In this document: positions 1-12,731 of the stretch, piece by piece
How the letters are laid out: every line of letters begins with the position of its first letter
Position numbering within the stretch: the first letter of the stretch is position 1
Origin: Marsupella aquatica
Lineage: Eukaryota; Plantae; Marchantiophyta
Direction: 5' to 3'
DNA length: 64,000 bases
NCBI GenBank assembly: GCA_973895155.1
Contig: OZ316895.1
Span: forward strand, 12,895,363-12,959,362
Translations under genes and position numbers: made by a program
Notes under the pieces: model-generated
Databases searched by the model: none
What the model was told of the DNA's origin: nothing
Seen by the model: only the letters and a program-made list of their open reading frames with translations

Positions 1-47
1 CAAAACTAATAAAGCAAAACATTTAAGCATAATTAGTACATGCTCAC

Positions 48-3000
48 CTGCGATCGCAATCTCCCCGTTCTGAAGATGATTCCGTCTCTTCTTCTTTAAG
101 TAAAAGCACCGAAGCAGTATACCAATTACGATTCCCAACCCCAAAACAACCCCAGCTACAACACCAACGATGACTCCGAGGTTGGAAGATTTCTTCGTTG
201 AGGCTGGGGTGACTGAGGATGCGTTCAACAAGCTATTTCCAGAGTAGCTACAAATCACATACAATGATGACTTATTACTTATAAATCCATTCTTGTAGAA
301 TTATCTGCCATCCAAGAATTAGACGCAATCCAACACTACAAAAATTTTGTGAGGATCTTTCCCGTGTTTTATTGTGCTTGAATATCTAAAATGGTCGTCG
401 GCCTTTGCTGTATACAGAATTATTTATTAGTAAAGCTAATGTCATGACAAAAGGCCTAAATAACTTCTTTCTGGCTCACCTCATTGAAAAAAAAAAAATG
501 ATTACAGCAGGGTTATCCCATTTTGTGCGAGGTAGTTTATCCTGTGACCACCTACAACGCATTTGGCAGAAAAATCTCTTCAAGTTGAAATTCTCTAATA
601 CATATACGTGCAACTATGTCTCCTTCCTAAAGCCTTCAATATCCCCATCACTTTTAGATAATTTATTTTGAATTCCCGTGCGAGTTAGCTGAAACGAACA
701 ACCTTTCTAGTTCATTTCCAGTTCACTAACGATCAAGGTGTCTTATTGAAGCAAAAACATGCGCTATGGATGTAATCGGGGATGTAATAAAGAGGATGTT
801 ACATACTCAAAATCTGTGCCCAACTTTGTTACGAGGACAGACGGTACTCCCCCCGACAGGTTGTTGTCATTTAAGAAACTACAAAAAATACGATCGAAGT
901 GATCAGAAAATCGTCAGTTTTTCAAGAAACTACAAAACCTTAATATCGAAGTGGTAAGGAAAACAACACTTACTGTTATCACCATTGATTCACAGAAAGT
1001 TGTGAACTCCGAAACACTCGACTGCCCTTTTTCAGTTTTGACTCTATTGTTAATGAATGTACAAGCTTAGTCAAAGGCTAATAACTTCCTTTGAACGAAA
1101 TCGAATCTCACAACAATGTCATGTCTTGTAGAAATTTATTCTCTGCATATGGAATAAACTTACAGAAAAATCAGATTTGGGATGGAAGCCAAAGACTCTG
1201 GAATGGACCCATACAAGTTGTTATGGTCGAGGTGACTGCAAAAATACACGAGAGAGAAAGTTAGCCTTCTCGAAAACATTTATAAATTAGAGCGGATGAC
1301 CGATTGATTAGGCTCTGTAACCGACCAAATGGGCTACAACAATCACCTCGAACAGAAACGAAGCTTATCAACCGTTAATAGTAAATCACTGCAATTTTTA
1401 TTGTAGATTTTAAGTCTTGAAATTTACTGTGAAACATCTGTACAAAAATCACCACGCCATTTTTTCCAATCAATCGGATTCCGCAGACTTACATTTCTGT
1501 CAATGCGTCAAGTTGTGATATACTTTGCGGGATAGAAGCAAGGATGCCCATTCTTGACAGCATTCTGCACACAAGCATCACCCGGTCAATGTCTTGTCGT
1601 TTGTGAAGAACCTCAGTTTTATCCACTCATTCTAAGAATATGTAGGAATAGATTCCAACAATCCGTTTCCAAGGTTGTGCTGTTTGAATCGAGCACCAGT
1701 CCACAATTCGTTGCAATCAACGTGGTTAACTTGAGGTGACCAAAGGACTCCTGGGACTGTACGTCTTGAATTAGACTCACTGAGACTAGATTTGAGGTCT
1801 TTTTCTTCTCGTAAGGTCACGATTGTAACGAGCATGCGAACTTTCACTGATATATCTCTTGCACAAATGAATGCATCGGAAAGCAAAGGTAAAATTCAAA
1901 ATTTGATTTGCACAAATCGGTTAAGTACATCAAATTTTATCCCAGATAATACTGTCCTCCCTAACATGAGAGTCTACACCATCAAATATCCTGATCTATC
2001 TTTCATATGCTTCTCATTCTCATGATTGCATTTGGCTTCACTGGTTTAGCTTACAATGAACAGGAAATGTTTCAGATTGTAATTTGCCGCAAATTAAATT
2101 TTCCATCTCAAAGCTACGGAGAGAAAGCTCACAATTTATCCACCCTTGCCGTCGTGTCGGATGTGCAATCCACCCAATCCCATGGTACTGGATAGCATGG
2201 GTCTCCTTGCCAATTTGTCAAATTGAAGCTTACCTGCACGGCTGCTAGCGCATTCACTGCACCCAAGATGTCCCCACTCATTCTTAATTTCATCATCCAG
2301 AGTGAACTTCACATACATATCAGGAACTCATCCAGACTACGAAGTTCTTCTTTGAGACGGACGAGCTCCTCCCCTGTTGCCGCAAACAGGGATACTTAGC
2401 TCCACATGAAGTTAATAGGCCCATGGCCAATCTTGGCAGCTCAATGGACTGTGTCCAACATTCAAGACCTTACAAATCGGTTGTTTAATCACTGACTATA
2501 GGTTTCAAGAAATCCGGTTAAATTAACCTATTGCTCCTAATCACTGACTGTAGCGAGCTGATATGTGCATCTCACAAACCAGGCACCGCGATTCAGGGCT
2601 GAGTCGTAAATTTCAGTTCCCGTAAGGCTTTCCAGCCAATGCTACAAACTGAGTTACTCTTTGCTCTACTTCCAGAAATATATTAAATGAGGAACTAAGG
2701 TCATCTGCTTCACCGAAATTTATAACTAGTAATTCAGGTAGTGTAAGAGTATTCACTATCTCATGACGAATTATTGTAATGCTAACTTATGCCGAGCCGA
2801 TTCTACATTCACAACTCTAAATTGATTCACTTAATAGGCAAGGAATTAGACAGTACAAAAAAGGGAACGAATTGAGACCGCTCAAGTGTAGTCCCATATG
2901 GCGACCGATCATTACAGACTATGGGACTACGATTATGCTATAGCGAAACGTACCATCGTTTATTGCGGTCGCGGAGGCATCAAACGAAAGTTGGGCATAG

Positions 3001-4732
3001 ACCTCGACGGCGTTGACTATGGGACCCAAGACCGATCCAGGTTGAGCTGCGAACGAGAAGTTGGTCGAAAACAATGGGCTTACATCCCAATTCCAGTAGT
3101 ACAGCATGCGTGTGAAGTTCGTCGCCGTTTCGTTCGCAGCGACTCCATTCATTGCAATGGAGATCAGGCGATCACCTGGCTGAGCAGACGATATGATTTC
3201 CTCGTAATAGACAGCAGCGTAAACTGCTGGAACCTCATTCCCGAATTCAGAGAAGAGGATAGAGAAAACATCAGTGGGATTGCTATACTCCCAGGCGTCT
3301 TGCATTACGATCGAAGGCACAGCGTTAGCAAATGAGTTTGTAGTGGAATCTACTACCCCCACCGAAGTTGAGCTATTCAAATTTGAGGACCAAGAACCCG
3401 GGGCTTTCCATAAGCGATCATACATATCATCCGGATACCTGCGTGCCCCCATGTCCAACACATATGAATTAGTCGAGTAATAACCCACTCCGTTCTCCAC
3501 GATCATTTAACTGTATACAATCATTCATCCAACCATACATATACCGGTTATTTTCGATCAAGTCGAGGCAGGGATGCTAAATAACTATCTTTCATCATCT
3601 CGTGGTTTCACTCTTAACAAATTCTTAAGCTGCCGTGCGTGGAGCCCGATCCACAGTGCGCGATCAACATGCTTATCTTAAATAGGACTAACCAATTACA
3701 GAAAGGAGAGAATCTAGACAAGGGTGGGAAGATGTAAGCTAACCTCACGGACGCAGACCCTATTTTGGCGCCACAATTGAATCGCCGAAGATTCGAGAGG
3801 TACTGCCCCGCGGCAATGGTGTCAACGACGTTAGCAGAATTATAAGAGTACATGATGCCATCGGGGTCGAGCTCCCGAAGCTCCAAGGATGAGATGAAAG
3901 GTACGCCCGTATTCGTCACCAAGCAAAAGTGGGTCAAGTTCCCCGCAGAAAAGAAAATTCCTTCGTACTCTAAAGGATTGGTGAGGTTGTCGAAGGAGGC
4001 GTCAACAGCGTACTTCACGGTGAACCAAGTCGTACCATTCACGGCGACGTCGAACGCGATTGGGAGGGCCAGCTCGGCAGCACTTCCATGCAAGAACATG
4101 GCACGAAGCAAGAAAGTAACATTTGCAGATGTCGGCAGGTCGTAGCAGTGCTTCTTTCGAACATCTGGGAAGTACGTAAAGGTTGTCAAAGCTTCAGAGT
4201 TATCTAAATTTGCGTTCACAGAGAACGGAACCTGTCCACTCGACCCTGTCGATGTGTACGGGCTGTCGCTTTCCCAAGGAAGGCTCGTAAGAGTATCTTT
4301 GTATGGACTAGCTCCACAGTCGATACTCAGAAATCCTGCAATTACCAACAAGCAAGTTCAGCTCGGTGTTCGACTAGAGTCGCTCTAGCCCAAGCTTCTA
4401 CGAAGTACTTCTCCAAACCATCTCATTGTTGTTTATCCAGAATTGGACAAGATGAGAGCTGGCGTCTGGTTACGTACTTTAGCTAGATTTGCCTGAATGC
4501 TAGACGTCCAAGTTACCAAATCGCATAATGGACAATCGGCAAAAATAATGGTGTTGTTCAGGACGCCACATATATGAGACATGGCAATTAACAAAACGCG
4601 AAGTGGCAGCTAGAATGAACAAATGGACAGAGGCAAACCAGGGATTTGCGCTCCAATGCTGACATAGATGGACGACAACATCAGCCCGGCGACAAGGTAG
4701 CTCCGAACTCGAAGCGCATTCCGTTCCTCCAT
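48..4732 (-). CDS. Malectin-like-domain LRR receptor-like kinase/protein (LRR-I type), 5' portion; continues beyond the left window edge
   Basis: Hand-spliced GT-AG exons: 4639-4732 (signal peptide MEERNALRVRSYLVAGLMLSSIYVSIGAQIP), 3744-4335 (GFLSIDCG...PFISSLELR), 2954-3438 (RYPDDMYDRLW...PIVNAVEVY), 2133-2256 (WQGDPCYPVPWDWVDC), LRR exons 1493-1564, 1164-1235 (HLDHNNLYGSIPESL) and 805-878 (LNDNNLSGGVP), and 48-248 (TM helix GVIVGVVAGVVLGLGIVIGILL then KKKRR). No kinase domain is visible in the window. Confidence 0.9.
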
Positions 4733-7229
4733 ACCGATTCGATATCCTCTCGTACGGGTAACTATAGTCATTCTGTTGGAACACCCACGGATCCTGAACT
4801 GTCCGAGACCAAGCTATCTAAAACATTGAATACTCCCTCGGTGGCATTCCCATTGTCACTTGTACTGATCAAACCGCGTTCCGTCCATAGTTCCTCTCGA
4901 GGTCTGACTTTAGTCTACGAGCTAGGTAAGCTACGGGGCTAGCTCGGAAGTAGAATGCGAAGTAGAATGCGAAGTAGAATTTTCAACTGGTGAGCACAGG
5001 TGAAACCGAAAGCCATAGAGCGTTTTCCAAGGGTTGATCATGGTAGTATGAAGCACGAACCGAGCGCCCAAGCAGGAACTGCGTTTCCGGAACTGGTCGT
5101 CTCACAGCTTGAGTTTACAACGGCTGGCTCTCGGCTGGCTTGCACATTAAAGGATTCTGTCATACAGTACAAATGTACAATTATAGAGTAGCTACTGCCC
5201 TCTGTGTTTCACATTCGGTCAAAGCAATCAAATCCTTGCATCCTTGGACCCGGTCTCATCCAAGGGATCCTGGATCCGAGACTGCTATGGCCTATGGAGC
5301 TCTCTACTCAACATCGGCTTTAATTGAGGCACTAAATTATCCACCAGCGTCAATGATGATGCACGTACTTCAAACTAGAACGAGGGTAGCCCTCTTCCTT
5401 CGGTCCCATTATTATTTTGTAGGACTCTCTCACTGCTGCTCTAGCTGCTTAACAAAATTTTATCAATCGAATTATCAGTCAAATCAGGGCCCTCCACCTC
5501 CCAGCTGATGGCTTGATCATGTGATATATAGAGATGGCTTGCCCAGAGTCCAGAGTCGAAACATAATTTACTAGAGTTATATATGCAGTCAACCCCGTAT
5601 GAGCACAGTATGTATAAGTGCATTATGTGGTTTAGTGCAGGCTGGCCATGTAGTCCACTAATAGTCTCAATGTAGCGGGCTGGCCACATAGTCCCCTAAT
5701 AGATGTAGCCTCATTGCAGTCCAGCTTTAGATGCAGAGGATGCAACCGAAAAATGTGTGGCACTTTCTTATCCTAGCTTGCACACTACTGTTGTCGGATT
5801 TTACCATTTCCCAATATCTAGTTACCTCCACTTCGGCTTGCCTGTCATGGGATTGAACTACTAGCCCTATCCTGCAGGAGAGCAAAAGAGTCTATATTTG
5901 AGACTCCCTAATAATACAGCGATTTGGTTTGCAAATGCACCAAAAAAATGCAGTTTGCATAAGTGAAGGTAGACCCTCTCTAAATAACAAAATACCTGCA
6001 CCAAACTGCAACATACATAAGCACATTTCCATCTACAAGTGTAAAATTGCAATGCATGTATACGAAGCATTTATTGGTGCATACATAAGCAACATTTCAT
6101 GCACTTACTATATAAATGGTGCACTATGAGGCGGTTAACTTTCATGCACTTACTATATAAATGGTGCACTATAAGGTGTATAAGGAGTCCTACATGTGTT
6201 ATATCACAACACATAATGGGAAGTGCATAAGACTTGGATTTCCCATGCACTGATATCCCTTACGTCACATATCACAATGCATGCATTTCATGGTTTAGGA
6301 TAAGTGTTGGCTGTTGGCAAGAGTCTACATTCATGTAGAGTGGACTCTGAATTCTGTGGATAAGTGTTGGCTATTGGCATCTTCCATTTCCTTCTATGAA
6401 TCATGTCACATTAAATGTTGTCTCTTGCGTTTGCTCCATTAGTTGGTGGCTGCCTTGCTGCATTAGTTGGTGGCTGCCGATAGCCGGTAGTTGCAGGTTT
6501 GATGCCCAAAAAATGAAAATAAATACCAAAGAAAATTGTCACTAACGTCCTGCAGGCCATGGCTAATGTAGACTGCGAGAGTGGGTCAAACAAGTGTCTG
6601 GTCCAGAGCCCCAAAGCTGACTAGCCATGGGCTGACTACTCTCTCCCTCCTGGTACTGGGAATGACCCCCCTTGTGGGTTACCCTACAAAGGTGCATGCT
6701 CAGTCTATCCTCTCTTGGATGGGTCAGCTTTTGGTATTCAAGAAAAAAGAAAAATTAAAGCAGGTGCCTGGTTCCTCCCTTGTGAGCTTTTTAATACACA
6801 TCCCCCCAAGAGTGGGGTTCAGATAACTCTAGTGACATTTTTTAAAAATTGAGAAAATTTAACACACATATTCCCCCAAAAGTGGAGTTCAGACCCCTCT
6901 AATGACATTTAAAATTTATTTTTATTCCAAAACAACATTAAATGGTGAACAAGCTACTCGTAGAAGTGAGTCATCTTCCTGGAGCATGCGCTCATGCACG
7001 TTGACTGAATGTGCGCAAAAGAGGGTGCTTCGTTGTAAGTGTGCAAAAGGGGGCTAAAGCACCGGCATATGTTTTTGACTAAAATTACCTACAGTCCTCT
7101 CCAAAAGGTGTAACCCACTTTCTGCGAAATTTCCTTACCAAGGTTTTCTGCCCCCAATAGTCAATTTCCCACCTAATAGCCACTACCCTATTGGCCAGAA
7201 TCTCAGGATCTCCACTCATCCTTAGATCT

Positions 7230-7900
7230 AGGGAGGTCTAGCCTCCACAAATAATGCACGAAAATAGTACATTTGGTAGCATCTTCTCGTTTCACAGAGG
7301 CTGCCATAATGCCATTCGCCACTGGCGAAACAGGATAAACTTACAGATTGCTGTACGCTGCTCAGCACGGCAGCATGACTGTGTCCAAAGTCCAAATTCA
7401 TTGATGATGCAAGTTGCTTGCCAGCAATGATTATTATTGCTAAGATTCCGAGAGACTCCAAGAGACTCTGAGAGACTCCAGTACTCCACAGTCAGCCCAA
7501 AGAAGTCCAGGGGGCCCCCTGTGAACAGCGGATCCATAATTCCAGAATGTGAGATGCCAAAGGTGCATTTAATACCCGGCCACTGCGCTTACATTGGACA
7601 GCTTTTCTCGCTTCGCATCTTTGCGGGAGAGCGCAGATTGACCCGGATCCGAATCCGAGTGCTGTTCAGATTTGAGTCATTATTACCACTGTATCGGATC
7701 ACCACGGTTCCGTCCATTTGGGAGCCGCAATTTACGAGCTTTTTTTTGTAGCTTCCCCACAATAATTGAGACCTGCTTGTCTAACAGTCTAAGCATGTCC
7801 CGTAAAGCCCGCAATTGACCGATTTCCCAATAACTACTGTAGATAGAAGAGGCTTTGGATAGAGCAGCCCACAGCAACGTTTGACAATTAACTCTGAGAG
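7230..7900 (-). pseudogene. Possible highly decayed hAT transposase fragment
   Basis: Broken frames give W..LRDMLRLLD, RWNQMH...GI.MDP.F and WHYGS, resembling the hAT C-terminal region; many stops and shifts. Confidence 0.3.
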
Positions 7901-9429
7901 TCTATCTATAGAATCAACAACTTGTCTAAATAAAATAAATTAAATTAAATTATAAACTAGTAGACAAGGGGAATTGCTAAAATCGAAGAGCCATCTATCT
8001 CTAGTTTCGCTAGGTGTCACTGGGTCAACTTTAGTGGCCTTGCCTCATTCTGTTGATAGGTCAGGAACTCAAGCACCAGAAAGTTTGGGACCCTTGACCT
8101 CGGTTATGTGTCATTATTAGGCCTGCCTGAAGAGGGGGTGCACCAAGCAAGGAATATCTCAATCAATCATGTGATGCCATCCACTCACCCAGGCGCTGGC
8201 TCGGATACACTCACCAAACCTGGCCGGACTTCTGCAAATTAAACCATCCTAATTGTGTTACATGTGCTCAGTACACATGACATGAATCAATACACTATTT
8301 GTATTGTCTCTAAATCAATTAATTTAATTTGAAGAACATGTGTCTTGGTTTTTGTTCTAGTTATATGGCTGACTAAGAGTTAGATTTAACGTGCGATCCC
8401 TCTTTAGAGTCACATCCTTCAATGACCTCTAAGTGAGATTGAGAGGGGTGGCAAAGAGCATACTTTTAAGGGTTCTCTCTCTCTAGCCAGTGTGACAAAT
8501 GTCACCATTGAAAAAGAAGTTGCTAGGAATATTAGTTAATATTTCCCTAGATTAATTTGTATTAGCAAACTGGTAGTTGTTTTGAAAACTGTTCACCCTT
8601 CTTCAAAACGGGAGGACCCCATGGGTAGATCTCATTGAGAACTTTCTTTTGAGCAATAGATGGGCCACTGAGATGGGCAGGTCAGAAAACACACACGCCT
8701 GGCTTAGATCTAGGCTCCCCCCAAAAGTTCAAAATTTGAATTCCAACTCAGATTGCATTGTTTGTTTTTTCAGAATTTCTCACCAAATATTCAACATTTT
8801 TGTCATGCGAGATAGATCTCCTTAAGATCTACATTTTTGGCCATAGATCACATCAAACAATCATGGAGGGGCGACTGAAAATCAGACAGTCAAACAGAGG
8901 TTGTGCCAAATTCTCCTCCCTATGCTTTGGATACTTGTTTGGAATGAGAGCTTCAGGTAACCCAGAGCCTCATATAGTGTGAGGTGTGCTTTAAAAAATG
9001 CTTTAGCAAATTAGTTGATCCTAACTTGATTGTAAGTCTACTTAGTTTTACACTGCTATGCAGCCAATCCATGTGACATGCTCAGAATGCGCAATTTCTT
9101 TGGTTTATGATTTTTTAATTTACTTTAAGATGGTTTGCTCTTTGTTTTGTCCTTCATTGGGAATTCATAGCACACCCTATATTTAAGAAATTCATGTGCA
9201 CTGTAACTTCCAATAACCTCCTTATTTCTTAGTTTACTTTTTTATTGACCTGTTTTGGCGTGGGACAATATTTCCATATGTTATAACTGTTGAATTATAG
9301 GCCTTGTTTGTAGTGAGGGGTTGAACCTGGGACTTCCTTTCCCACACTAGAGTCCCAACCAGTGGGTTAGACGATACGTGTGATTATAAATGCATAATGT
9401 TTCAATATGACCTTTACAGTGTACCTTTT

Positions 9430-9545
9430 GAGCTTTACCAGGCTCTTCAGTTTGCCAATAGGTAGGGATTATTTTGTGTTTTTGTTAGTTTTTTGTGGTG
9501 CCCTTCTTGATTGGTTTTTCTGGCCCATTGGCTCCTGATTGCTTG
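9430..9545 (+). mobile_element. Short 3'-end remnant of a CRE-like non-LTR retrotransposon
   Basis: GAGCTTTACCAGGCTCTTCAGTTTGCCAATAGGTAGG matches the end of the copy at about 10718-10755. Confidence 0.55.
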
Positions 9546-10539
9546 ATCAATGGTCACCAAAAACAACGTAATAAATTGGACGGCTCAAATACCATTCCCA
9601 ATTTTTCTCGGTTTGTAAGCAAACAACCCCCCACCTTTTGGTGAGATAGCATGTTATAGAGATAAATAAGTGATTTTGCACCAAAGTGCTATCGAATAAA
9701 AGTGGTTTTGAGCGGTAACGCAATGAAAGCGAAAGTGATGTCATTTTGAAAGTGTTTTAATTTAAGAATTCTTGATGATAAAAAAGTGTAATAGTGTTAG
9801 AAAAGATGATCAAACATGTAAAAAATGATTCGTTTGTTGAAAAAACTTTAAGCATGAGTTGGAGGAAGGAAGGAGAGGTGGAAGTTGCATGCAAAATGTA
9901 GAATGCAATTGATCCTGAATATATATGGTCCAAAAGAGTGCAATAAGAAAACAGAAATATTGGATTTTAGTGGATTGTACGAAGTGTTCTTGAGGCAGAG
10001 TGACACTTAAAATTATAGGCACAAAATAGTACAAAAAACAGATACTTAATGTAAGTTGTTGAAGCAATAAGTTAATGAGAAAAGGTTGGTTGAAAAATGA
10101 GTTGTGAGTGAAGAGGAGAGGTAGAAGTTGTGCAGCAAGGTAGCTTTGCACCCTCGTCCCCACCCCCCACCCCAAATATTGCTTTCCCCATCTTAATTGT
10201 GTGAAAAAACAAAACCTGGAAAAAACACACTAAACCCACAAAAATGGAAAATGTGATCCAATTTTTTTTTAGTAAAAATTAAGAACTTGCCAAACCATTT
10301 GTACACAGAACTCCCAATTTCCGGTGTCTTATCTTTAAACATATATTAAAAAGCAGAAATTGAAAACATGTGGGATACACTTTCCCACCAGCTTTGAGAA
10401 TATTTATTTAAAACCCATGGAAAGATAATTAATTAATTACATATTATGAAAAATACATAACCACACGAGGGGAATTCTGAATGTGTTTGACCCCTCTTGA
10501 TTATTGTACAGTCTTTTATATGTCTAACCCTCTTGATCA

Positions 10540-10870
10540 GTACGTCGAGCAGAGGCCCTATCCCCCTGTGTCGGTCATCACTGCATTCTTTAGACAGAGG
10601 GTGTCTGTTGCGCTTCAGCGGGCACAGGCATTCACTATTCTTCGTAGGGGGGAGACTGTTGGTCTCAGGGCCGCTAGTAGGATTCCTTTGCTTGACCCCC
10701 CCATGCAGTTCACACCGGAGCTTTACCAGGCTCTCCAGTTTGCTGATAGGTAGGCGTTTGGGTTCCTGTCTTTGGGTTTGCTTTTCTTGGCCCCTTGGTG
10801 GTTTCCCCCCTTGATTGGGTCTTTTGCCTGTGGGATCATGTCTCCCGGTTCGGCGCCCTCTGTTTTTTGG
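10540..10870 (+). mobile_element. 5'-truncated CRE-like non-LTR retrotransposon (ORF end plus 3' UTR)
   Basis: Peptide AFFRQRVSVALQRAQAFTILRR is the C-terminal motif of RLE-type elements and matches the longer copy at 54680-56465. Confidence 0.7.
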
Positions 10871-11033
10871 CAGTTTGATATATATCTTGATTACTCTAGA
10901 ATATTTTATTTGTCCACCCTTTTAATTAATGTTTTTGTACATATGTGATTTGTCCTTTTGTTTGTCACTAATTTCAAAATTGGTGTGTTTCCCCCTCTCA
11001 CTTACCTCGAGTTAAATCTCCTTTCACTTATCT

Positions 11034-12022
11034 CGAGTTAAATCTATGTCAAGTTAATGTTCCCCCATTTTCCCGGGGTGCCGTACACTGCCCGTCCCAA
11101 TTCCCGATGTTGCTGCCTGCTCCAGTCCAAGTTTGGCAGAACATAACCAATACTCTATGATTTTACTCATGTGCTCCAGCCCAATTAACTTTGCACCATC
11201 GACTCCGAGTTTATGTTTTGGCACCCATCACTTTTTGTCGACTGCTCCGGCCCGATCGACTTTGTGCCATCAACTTTTTGGAAAGAAGTGTTGCCAAAAC
11301 ATAAACCACAATTGAATAGAGAATAAGTATTTGGCACAACATAAACCAAGGCTCTATCAATCATGACTCTCAGCCAAAGTATTAGGCTCCCCTTGAACAC
11401 TTACTCTATTACAAAATAGGTATGACTCCATTGGAAAGAAGTGTTGCCTGAACATAAACCGTGACTCCATCGAGAAGAAGAATTTTGCAAAACATCAATC
11501 AAGACTCTAGAATCATAACTCTTAACCAAAATACTAGGTTGTGCCTAAACACTTAGACTCTCTTACCATACCAGCATGACTCCCTTGGAAATAAATGTTG
11601 CCAAAACATTAATCACAACTCCATAGATAATAAGTATTTGGCACAACATAAACCAAGACTCTATAACCATGACTCTTAACCAAAGTACTAGGCTTGCCTT
11701 GAACACTTAGACTTTGTTACAAAGCAAGTATAACTTTGTTGGAAAGAAATGTTGCCAGAACATAAACCACGGCTCCACAAGGAAGAAGTTGATGACACAA
11801 ACTTTTGTCTGTAGTGTCGGAGCAAGCAAAGGTGTCAAAACATAAACCCAAAGTCAATGACGCAAAGTTGATTGGGTCAAAGCACGTGACAAAATGGTAG
11901 AGTATTGGTTTATGTTATGCCAAACCTGGGCCAGAGCGGGCAACAACATTGGGGATTGGGACGCGCAGTGTACGGCTCCCCGAGAAAGTGGGGGAGCATT
12001 AACTTGACGTAGATTTAACTCG
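11034..12022. mobile_element. Foldback/MITE-like element with long (about 200 bp) terminal inverted repeats and internal tandem repeats, copy 1
   Basis: Left end CGAGTTAAATCTATGTCAAGTTAATG...CCGTACACTGCCCGTCCCAAT is the reverse complement of right end ...CAGTGTACGG...CATTAACTTGACGTAGATTTAACTCG; the interior repeats a unit containing GGAAAGAAGTGTTGCC-AAACATAAACC about four times. Confidence 0.8.
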
Positions 12023-12053
12023 GGGTCTCACTTGTGTGAGTTCCTGCACTGCA

Positions 12054-12731
12054 AGTTAAATCTACGTCAAGTTAATGCGCCTTCACTTTCCCGGGGTGGC
12101 GTACACTGCCCATCCCAGCCCCTGATGTTGTTGCCCGCCCTGGCCTGAGTTTTCCAGAACATAAACCAATACTCTAACATTTGGTCGCCCACTCCTGCCC
12201 GATCAACTTTGTGCCATCGACCTCGGGTTTATGTTTTGGCACCCTTCACTTTTTGTCGGCCGCTTTGGCCCGATCGACTTGTGCCATCAACTTTTTGGAA
12301 AGAAGTGCTGCCAAAACATAAACCACAACTCCATAAAGAATAATTATTTTTGGATAACATAAACCAAGACTCTATTAATCATGATCTCATCCAAAGTATC
12401 AGGCTCCCCTTGAACACTATTTCATGATATAGATAATTATGTCTCCATTGGAAAGAAGTGTAGCCAGAATATAAACAACGACTCCACAAGGAAGAAATCG
12501 ATGACACAAAGTTGATCCGGCAAGAGTGGGCGACAAAAAGTTAAGGGTGCCAAAACATATAATAAACCCAAAGTCAATGGCACAAAGTTGATTGGGCGGC
12601 AAAATGTTAGAGTATTGGTTTATGTTCTGGCAAACTCGGGGCCGGAGCGGGCAGCAGCATTGGGGACTGGGACAGGCAGTGTACGGCACCCCGGGAAAGT
12701 AGGGGCGCATTAACATGACATAGATTTAACT
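12054..12731. mobile_element. Foldback/MITE-like element, copy 2 (fewer internal units)
   Basis: Same termini (AGTTAAATCTACGTCAAGTTAATG ... CATTAACATGACATAGATTTAACT), about 30 bp from copy 1. Confidence 0.8.

Noticed and set aside
1632-1886. ORF with an LRR-like ending (NLGNGLLESIP) as an extra receptor exon
   Set aside because: Flanking exons 2133-2256 and 1493-1564 already join in frame; I found no convincing splice sites, so it is treated as intronic.
11270-11800. Regularly spaced repeats that could suggest a CRISPR array
   Set aside because: The whole unit repeats with no unique spacers, it lies inside TIRs, there are no cas genes, and the context is eukaryotic.
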